This document shows, piece by piece, positions 17,301-24,030 of a stretch of 57,776 nucleotides of DNA. A model generated the notes under the pieces. That model did no database searches. It worked only from the letters and a program-made list of their open reading frames with translations, and was not told where the DNA came from. How positions within the stretch are numbered: the stretch's first letter is position 1; every line of letters begins with the position of its first letter. Source of the DNA: Nanobdellota archaeon (lineage in GTDB: Archaea; Nanobdellota; Nanobdellia; Woesearchaeales; JBBSVZ01); assembly GCA_038046545.1 (NCBI GenBank), contig JBBSVZ010000005.1, positions 1 through 57,776 on the forward strand, read 5' to 3'. The position numbers and the translations under genes were made by a program.

Positions 17301-20300
17301 AGTAAGTCTCACTTGATGAGCGCCAATGGACGAATAGCCGGTAAATGGTGCAAATTCACCAGTAAGAATAGGTGCGCTTGGATTATTGATGTCTGTTTCC
17401 CAGGTGTAACTGATTATTTTATCATTATCATAGGACAAGCTTGCATCAAAGGAAAGTGTCTTTTCAACTACCGCGTATTTATTTGAATCCGTTATATGGT
17501 CTGGGAAAGCCTTAGCAAAAGGCGGAATATTATCCCCGACAAATAATTGTTTTGATGCTGCGTTATTTGAATAATTTTTTTCCTGGAATTCGTTAAACGG
17601 AGAGATCATAACAATTATGGTGTGGTTGCCAAATGATTTTGCTTTCCAAACTATCCTTGCAGTAGCAGTGCCTAAAGAACTTACATTTATTGTGCCAAAA
17701 CCAATGGTCTCATTGCCGTCCTTAAAATCTATCTCTGAGTTATTTGCAATACCCTTCCTAATGTTGTGTATTACCGCAGATATTGTGACATTATCGCCAA
17801 CGTTTGGTGTTGCATTTGAAAATGTGATATCTGATGCATTCAACGTGAGGTCAGGAAGCCTTTCTACAAAGAATGCATCGAAGGCTGTTCTATTTACTAT
17901 CGCACCACTCTTATTGACCAGGCTGGTATTTACAGACGCCACTAAATTAACCATATGCAAGTCCTCGAATTCCGGGCTTGTAGTGAACTTGTTTGCGTAT
18001 ATGCCATCGTTTAATTGGTTATCACCATGCAGGCCATCATCAAACAGTTTTATAGCCGCTAAAACAGGAGTCGCGTTTTCAAGGCTAAAGTTATCAAACC
18101 TGCTTATGTAAGCTGTTACATTCGCTTTAGCAAGCGGAGCGCCTTTGTATGCGACATATCCAAATATGCTTACATTATCCCCTGGCTCATAGGAGTATGT
18201 CGAGTTTCCAATTGCTAAACCGACAAACAAACTTGTTTTGAAGGCAACTGAAGCATCATATTTTACACCCTGCGGACATGTTACATTCGTGCCGGTAACA
18301 ACCAAGCTCCAATTTCCAGACTGAGTGGAGTTGATGGCAAACATTATTTCGCCATCTGTTTTAAAAAATACGATAGTTGAGTTATCAGAGTTTGCGGAAG
18401 TAATTACAGTCTGGCTTGGAGTAATTAAAGATAGTTCAATATTATTTGCACAGTTCTCATAATCGTCAATTGTTCCGTTGTAAAACGCGTCAATTGACCT
18501 GTATGTAAGCTTCACCCTGACATCTTCAGCCAACTCATCTAACTTGAAGCTGTGCGATTTTACTTGGCTATTATTAAGTATACCGCTAAAGGGTCCTATC
18601 AACTCATAAGCTGTTCCATTGGCAGTTTCATTAATATCCATTTGACTTTCATTCGCAATAATACCGCCCATAAAGCCCGGCGAGTGTGTAAGGAAATCTT
18701 CAGTTATGTTGATTACATCATCGTCTTTGGTCAAAAACCAGTGGAAGGTGCTTAATCCAGTAACTTTAACATTGCTTACATCTGGGCCATCATATATCTT
18801 CCCACTAACTGTATTTGTCCACAAATCACCGAACCATACGAATAAAACACCAAACGTTTTTCCAAGAACAGGGTCAGTCAATTTTAGTGTAGTCAGGGTT
18901 AATGGCAGGGAAAGATCTCCAATAGCTGGGCCAACGCCATAGATAGACAAATATTGAATATTATTATTTAGAGTATCTGGTCCCGGGGGCTGCCATTTGT
19001 ATAAAGCCCATTCAGGCGCAGGGTCAATGCCGTTTAAGTTCAAAGTTTCAATAAATGTCGAATGAGGCTCCATCTGCCCGATGGCCTCGCCCAGTATGAT
19101 TTCCACAATGGAATTAGCTATATCAGCTATAATCGGAGGCAACCCGCCTGAAGAAACGAGAGCAGTAATTGCTGTTTTAATTACTATTGGCCCATACTTG
19201 GCCATGTCAGCTCCATGCAAGGGAGTGCCAACCAAGATAATCTTTCTTACATCAAAATTAGAACCATATGTTCCATAATGCTGAGCAGCTAATCCACCCA
19301 TTCCAGAACCAACAATATCGATTTTGTCGACTCCAGTCTGCGCCCTGATTTCTGTTACTTTCTCACCTACTACTTTTGCTGATGATTGTATCGGTTGATT
19401 GGCAAATTTTACTCCTAGTAAAGAGCTGCTTAGTGTTAAACTAGACTTGAAGTATGTAAAGTCAACGGGATGAGTGCTATTTGGGCCTGTAACCTTTGGA
19501 GGTTCAATACCGTTTATGCACGCAATAACATTTATAGTATTGTTTGGAAAGTCATTCAATTTCGCTAAATATTTGTTTGTCAAAATATCATACTGAATTG
19601 CGTAACCGGCTGTTTCATTGCTGCCTTTACCCGCATTTACAGCTGAACCAACTCTTTTAAATTCTCTAAGATTTGCCCACTCCCAGACCTTTCTTGTAAC
19701 TCCTTCAAGCTTTGTACTGTCGTTATATTTTTTTACAAAGATTTTAGCGGCAAGTGGTTTATTTGTAGCCTTTGCCATGGGGCAATTTTGATTTTGAATA
19801 CCTGTCTCGCCACATAAGTCATTTCCTTTACAGTCGCACTTATCTTGACTGACCTGAGTAGGTAAGGATTCCGTTCTAAAACAATTATCTCCACAATAGG
19901 TTTTATAACCACTATAATGTGTTAAATGGATATACCCCCGGCCTTTATACCCTGCCCCTCCTTCATAAGCTCCATTAATGTAATCTGAATCGGGCAATGC
20001 ACTACAAATATGGGTTAAATTTTTTCCACTTATATTAAAATTGGGTAAGGTACCATCCTTTAATTTTGGTTTATTTTTATATACCTGATGTTTTTGAATA
20101 TATACAAAGTATGTTGCAGATTTATCTGGTTTGTGTTTCGTTTCACTTGAGCAACAGTTTCCCGCTGCCGAAGTTCCTCCAAAACAACAACTTCCGTTCG
20201 TCATCTGGCAACCTCCCCCGGCACCAAAATCTCCAATTTCTTCAAATTCATTAAAATTCGTTCCAGTTTCCAATGTTAATGTGCCTATAATAGCCGCTAA

Positions 20301-23300
20301 CAGTTCTGAAGTAAGATTAATTTTAGATACGTTAAATTCCTTTTCAATATTAGAAAGGGCTTCCCAAAGATTATCATAGTTGCTTATCGGAGCCCCTACA
20401 TTATTAGACTTAAACCACTTTTTGAAATTACTTTTTACTACATCACAACTATCTTCAATTTCTAAATCAGTACACGGACTATGACAATATGCCAAAGTGC
20501 CAGTATTAATTACCAAAGTTCCAGTACCCGTTCCTCCTATAACTGGATTAGGTGAGTCTGCGGTTTTTTCTGGAAGATCTGCATGAAATATTTCAATCTC
20601 ATTCGGAAAGTCTGTAACAACTGGATCCCCAGGTGGATCAACTTTAACATTAATTTCTGATATGTAAAGAGCTCCATCTAATTTTACCTTGTCGTCCTTA
20701 AAAGATGGCTTTATATCTTTCACTACTAAGGCAAATCCAGTTTCAGCTGTTATGCTCTTGAATTGCTTTGTGAATGTCTTTTGAAAGACTGTGTATTGCC
20801 CAGGAACCTTTATTACCCCGGTTTCAACCAGTCCCTGGATAACAGGTTTTACTTTTTGAGGTAGAGGAACTGGAATAGAAACTTCTGCAATTTTAGTCTC
20901 AGGGTTCAGGGAAAATTCGATTTCAAACTTATAATTGTCTAACAATTGGTTGAAAACTTTTTCTGGAAATTCGTCTGGATTATCATAATATAATTTTATT
21001 TCACTTAGAACAGAATCTACATCGTCATTTTCTGTAAAATTGATAATCCTGTCTAAAATCTTAACAGTACTATTTATGGTATTAACCAAACCTGTTTGAT
21101 TCTTAGCCCTGAAAGATATCAGTTGCAAAGTGGATTTCAAATCATACGCAGATTCTCTCAGTTTGCTCTTGGCTTCAATTATGTTCTGGGTTGTAGCCGC
21201 TCCGCCAGGACTGCCTCCTGAGCTGCCAGCTATAGCTTTTAAATCTTTTACATCTTGGACAAACTCCCTTCCCTGCTGCAAAACTAAATAAATGAATGCG
21301 ACTGTTTCAATTCTTGGATCTTTCAAAGGAATTATATAATTTATTTCGATATCTACCGGCTTTCTAAGATCGACGTCAAAAACCTGAAAGCCATCGCTTT
21401 CCAAGTCTTCTTTCATTTTTTTCATTTCTTTAGGACTTCTTAGGTAGTCGTGAACCAGCAGCACAGGCCTTCTGATGACGTCTATGTCCTTTGAGACATT
21501 TTTGGACCAAGTTCCTGCATTGTCTTTAACTCGGAATGTTACTTTTTGTATTCCTAAAGCAGCTGCGGTAAATGTGTGAGCAACTACACTGCCATTTATA
21601 ATCTGGTCTTCGATAATCCATTCTTGATTAGTAACGAAACCGTCATCGTCAAAGCCAAATCCATTAAACTCTACGGGTTCTCCAACAATTGCAGATAATT
21701 TTCCTTTATTATCTGTAAACCCTTTGATATATCTAATGAAAGCTGTAGGAAGTTTATTGACAACAAGCGGTTTTCTTGAGTCTGCATTTTGCGGCGACCA
21801 TAATCCAATAACATCCTTGACAAAATAATCAATTATGTGAGGATTTGCCGGAGGCAGCAAGTCTGTTGATATCGAGCTGGTAGAGCTTATATTAACAACT
21901 CCTCCTATTTTGCCAACCTTATGCGATTGCCACCAATGCTCTCTTATATCAAGTCCTGGAATTCCATAACCATTAAAATCAATTGTTTCTTTAACCAACG
22001 CAACAGGGAAGGGATTGATAGTATCGATAAAAGCGCTTGGAGGCGTGGTATTCATGGAAACATACAGAGCATCTGACTTAGGCCCTACCGAAGGATCGAA
22101 GCCATCCATCCAACCGAAAAACTGTCCAGCCTCTACAACACCATCGCCATTATAATCCCTGTATATCGCTGGTTGTGAGCAGTTCTGGCAACTAACAGTA
22201 AATTCTACAGAGAAGGCCGTGTCATTGTTGGGGGCGCTAACATCAAAATGAGTGGCGTTCTTTGTGCCTTCGCTCCTGTTCAACTTATTCGCATCAGATT
22301 CTTGAGCCTGCCATGGAATTGTGAAAAAAGTGATGGCGAAGAGCTCCTTGGTATTGTAATCCATTGATAATTTTACGTTTGGATTATCTGTTTCAAGCTG
22401 GTATTTAATTAATTCAATTGTATTATTGATAGTGTGGGGAAGCCCTGTGCCAAACCCTAAATTGTAATCGGTAACAAGTTTGTTCGGCTCTCCATAGCTA
22501 ACTGTACCGTTACAAAAATCGGTTTGAGTTTTAGACCAGTCTCTGTTTTTAAGGCCACTTGCATCCAACTTGTACCCTAAGGTCACCCACCCTTTAAGCC
22601 AGGCACCTCTATTGCAATATTTAGTAACTGGAACTGTAAACAAACTACTGCTGGGAAAAGATGGAGTACCGATTGAATATTCCCCCCTTGTTTCCTTGAA
22701 TGTGTTTTCAGATGATCCAGAATAAGTATACCCTCCAGGAGCTGATATTCTTATATAACCATCCTCCTCAGAGCATTTTTTTAGAAGCGTGCCTTTTTTC
22801 TCTAAAGTCTGCGTCTCGGTTACAGTAATGTAATCAGTAAAAGTTTCTCTTCCTACTGCTTTTATTTTACATGTAAAATCTTGGGGAACACTTTCAGAGC
22901 CTGATGCAAATATTTCATAATCAAATGGATGGTCCAATATTTCCGCATTTTTTTTTCCTGCATGCAATTCTATTTCTGGTTCATAAACTATCCAGGCGTA
23001 AAACTCAGCACTTTTGTCAGTAATAAATATGTCGCTTCCCGGATTTCCATAGTACGTATTCCCTCCAAAAGTTATGGACATTTCATTAATTTCAACTATA
23101 TCTGCGTTGCATTCATTTGTAAGATTTACAATAAACTTATCGAAATCTGTGTCATTGACATTCCCGGGTCCTGTTTTTTGGCATTGACCGCCTGACGATG
23201 TGACAGCGGTGACGTTCCAGATAAAAGAGTCGTTTGTCGGCTGCGGGCATGGCTCATCTATTGCAACTGTAATCGATGTGATGTTATCAATAGGAATTGT

Positions 23301-23849
23301 GTTAGCTGATGAATTAAAAATGTCAGTTTCTGTCAAGAAAACCGAGGTAATGCCTGAACTTAGCGCTTTTAGCGTGTATCTTCCTAAAACGCCCTTGGAA
23401 CCTCCGGGCTCTGCTGTGCCTGTGTCAACAACACTAACAAAGTGAGAACCATCGGTATCAATTACTTGGTCACTAAAATCAGCAAGGGTGCTTCCAGGTT
23501 GAGAAGATAAGAGCAATCCATGATCATGTCCATTAACCGAAAGCAAAATATTATTAAAAAAAATTTTATAGGTGAATCCTGCCAGATCTTTATCTAATGG
23601 GATAGAGTCTACGAAGGTATCTATATCGAATGTGGAGTTAGTGGCTACAGAAATGCAATAATCTATGGTTCCTAAAGATGTTGCATCATTTCCTGCCGGA
23701 TCTGCATCAATGCCTACAGTAGTTCCTGGATCGGCATTAACAAGACCTGAAAAAAGTATTGCCAGACCTACAAAAATGGAAAGAATAATTGCAGATTTTC
23801 CTATACGTCTTTGCAACCTCGTAATCCCCCGCCCACGAACAAATACCAC
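14382..23849 (-). CDS. Giant (3155 aa) multidomain secreted/surface protein, GTG start
   Basis: A single uninterrupted ORF with an N-terminal signal anchor. Recognisable segments include CARDB, PKD and thrombospondin type 3 repeats, a long parallel beta-helix (PbH1-type) repeat region, a GH19-like segment and a degenerate lipase-like segment (see findings). Confidence 0.9.
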   Translation of the reverse strand: MVFVRGRGITRLQRRIGKSAIILSIFVGLAILFSGLVNADPGTTVGIDADPAGNDATSLGTIDYCISVATNSTFDIDTFVDSIPLDKDLAGFTYKIFFNNILLSVNGHDHGLLLSSQPGSTLADFSDQVIDTDGSHFVSVVDTGTAEPGGSKGVLGRYTLKALSSGITSVFLTETDIFNSSANTIPIDNITSITVAIDEPCPQPTNDSFIWNVTAVTSSGGQCQKTGPGNVNDTDFDKFIVNLTNECNADIVEINEMSITFGGNTYYGNPGSDIFITDKSAEFYAWIVYEPEIELHAGKKNAEILDHPFDYEIFASGSESVPQDFTCKIKAVGRETFTDYITVTETQTLEKKGTLLKKCSEEDGYIRISAPGGYTYSGSSENTFKETRGEYSIGTPSFPSSSLFTVPVTKYCNRGAWLKGWVTLGYKLDASGLKNRDWSKTQTDFCNGTVSYGEPNKLVTDYNLGFGTGLPHTINNTIELIKYQLETDNPNVKLSMDYNTKELFAITFFTIPWQAQESDANKLNRSEGTKNATHFDVSAPNNDTAFSVEFTVSCQNCSQPAIYRDYNGDGVVEAGQFFGWMDGFDPSVGPKSDALYVSMNTTPPSAFIDTINPFPVALVKETIDFNGYGIPGLDIREHWWQSHKVGKIGGVVNISSTSSISTDLLPPANPHIIDYFVKDVIGLWSPQNADSRKPLVVNKLPTAFIRYIKGFTDNKGKLSAIVGEPVEFNGFGFDDDGFVTNQEWIIEDQIINGSVVAHTFTAAALGIQKVTFRVKDNAGTWSKNVSKDIDVIRRPVLLVHDYLRSPKEMKKMKEDLESDGFQVFDVDLRKPVDIEINYIIPLKDPRIETVAFIYLVLQQGREFVQDVKDLKAIAGSSGGSPGGAATTQNIIEAKSKLRESAYDLKSTLQLISFRAKNQTGLVNTINSTVKILDRIINFTENDDVDSVLSEIKLYYDNPDEFPEKVFNQLLDNYKFEIEFSLNPETKIAEVSIPVPLPQKVKPVIQGLVETGVIKVPGQYTVFQKTFTKQFKSITAETGFALVVKDIKPSFKDDKVKLDGALYISEINVKVDPPGDPVVTDFPNEIEIFHADLPEKTADSPNPVIGGTGTGTLVINTGTLAYCHSPCTDLEIEDSCDVVKSNFKKWFKSNNVGAPISNYDNLWEALSNIEKEFNVSKINLTSELLAAIIGTLTLETGTNFNEFEEIGDFGAGGGCQMTNGSCCFGGTSAAGNCCSSETKHKPDKSATYFVYIQKHQVYKNKPKLKDGTLPNFNISGKNLTHICSALPDSDYINGAYEGGAGYKGRGYIHLTHYSGYKTYCGDNCFRTESLPTQVSQDKCDCKGNDLCGETGIQNQNCPMAKATNKPLAAKIFVKKYNDSTKLEGVTRKVWEWANLREFKRVGSAVNAGKGSNETAGYAIQYDILTNKYLAKLNDFPNNTINVIACINGIEPPKVTGPNSTHPVDFTYFKSSLTLSSSLLGVKFANQPIQSSAKVVGEKVTEIRAQTGVDKIDIVGSGMGGLAAQHYGTYGSNFDVRKIILVGTPLHGADMAKYGPIVIKTAITALVSSGGLPPIIADIANSIVEIILGEAIGQMEPHSTFIETLNLNGIDPAPEWALYKWQPPGPDTLNNNIQYLSIYGVGPAIGDLSLPLTLTTLKLTDPVLGKTFGVLFVWFGDLWTNTVSGKIYDGPDVSNVKVTGLSTFHWFLTKDDDVINITEDFLTHSPGFMGGIIANESQMDINETANGTAYELIGPFSGILNNSQVKSHSFKLDELAEDVRVKLTYRSIDAFYNGTIDDYENCANNIELSLITPSQTVITSANSDNSTIVFFKTDGEIMFAINSTQSGNWSLVVTGTNVTCPQGVKYDASVAFKTSLFVGLAIGNSTYSYEPGDNVSIFGYVAYKGAPLAKANVTAYISRFDNFSLENATPVLAAIKLFDDGLHGDNQLNDGIYANKFTTSPEFEDLHMVNLVASVNTSLVNKSGAIVNRTAFDAFFVERLPDLTLNASDITFSNATPNVGDNVTISAVIHNIRKGIANNSEIDFKDGNETIGFGTINVSSLGTATARIVWKAKSFGNHTIIVMISPFNEFQEKNYSNNAASKQLFVGDNIPPFAKAFPDHITDSNKYAVVEKTLSFDASLSYDNDKIISYTWETDINNPSAPILTGEFAPFTGYSSIGAHQVRLTVIDAAGNIGTDTFNVNVVSEDEYDLEPPSAFAGPPQRVHIRDPIQFSAVGSFDNFSIASCKWDIDVTRDTDGNGIPDDDVDLITCHPKLERGYPTLGRYRVKLEIDDVAGNGPVFDHTIIEVSDPIDYICVGDQDCDGINDEEDNCKTVKNPDQADYDNDGVGDACWCTFKVSGMVDGQLNSAISLAQPGNVICLTTSLFSNADISKSNIIFDCLGNSITGNGTGVGINIGSTITNTTVQNCVVEDYFKGIEIKGNNNKIRNNEVQLNTGNGIVITGSGGQVINNQVCDNGLDISSTGSYTGDYNSCNITSGWNDQGSSGCSFACHTCTTPTDNMDIVSNTVLCPGTYTLPNGINIAASDVKVKCDNTVLVGNNSNTGIEVIGQTNIKIKDCEVKNYNTGISFEDSPFCEAANNKILENIDGIYITETSSPDAARIAPGIINNCRIHDNRIDDNLRFGIFLVNSPNNEISSNALLNNKNASAVLESAMTTTIKNNIMTNGLLLTSSSSNSIFNNNLSSTNGVYVVNISGGSGNQFTSNEIHDSFLYGFAVSSSSNTFTNNHVYSLPIGFFVSGSNNQVNGGKIEDVETGISFQGSSNSKIDGVDTKSANSNSILIALSSGISVVNSTTKNIILDSSSSSNLTSNSGSIELHNSNGIKISYNNVSGGISGISIELGSGNNVLSNTIANNEVGIVIFNSTTNTIKDNNVSNNQIGIFINNFSNTNLVYNNFFQNIINAQNQGRNNWNITKTAGLNIYGGLFLGGNFWSDYNGTDTNGDGIGNTMLPYNSNGSITLGGDYLPLLDGDNDNDTVTNRLDNCPLISNPNQKNTDKEIQLNDTAAPFFIGDNIGDVCDPDWDNDGFNNTNEVLIGTNPFDPCGIDGWPADFVNGSIPNSTNRITIADVTSFLAPIRRMNTNLNESPDNKRWDLVPGKGLFTTDINIQDLTSLIAGPTAFPPMLGGAKAFNGPECPIPP

Positions 23850-23871
23850 ATAAAACGCATTTTAAGACGAA

Positions 23872-23887
23872 GGGTATATATATTTTT
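23872..23887 (-). promoter_or_regulatory. TATA-rich element (GGTATATATATTTTT) upstream of the giant gene
   Basis: Lies 23-38 nt upstream of the GTG at 23849. Confidence 0.35.
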
Positions 23888-23892
23888 AGCTT

Positions 23893-24008
23893 CAATGAGT
23901 TACATATTCGGAGTTTCAGGTAGGATGGATGAGCTGTTCAAAGCCTATAATCTTGATTCTTCTGCGATTGTTAGACCGGCTCTATCCGCAATCAAAACTA
24001 AAGGCTGA
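23893..24008 (+). pseudogene. Orphan duplicate of the last ~38 codons of the transketolase C-terminal subunit gene
   Basis: Translates to MSYIFGVSGRMDELFKAYNLDSSAIVRPALSAIKTKG*, against the tkt end MNDVFGVSGRMDELFKAYNLDSSAIVRQALAIMKLKK*. The 77-nt core has 6 mismatches. Confidence 0.8.
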
Positions 24009-24030
24009 ATCCAAAAAGCATTAAATATTC

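Noticed and set aside
14497-23853. Many 60-160-aa plus-strand ORFs in the track inside the giant gene (e.g. 14497-14913, 15745-16113, 17617-18111, 22929-23195)
   Set aside because: They are antisense shadows of one continuous 3155-aa ORF with recognisable domains. They have low-complexity or hydrophobic composition, with no promoters or motifs.
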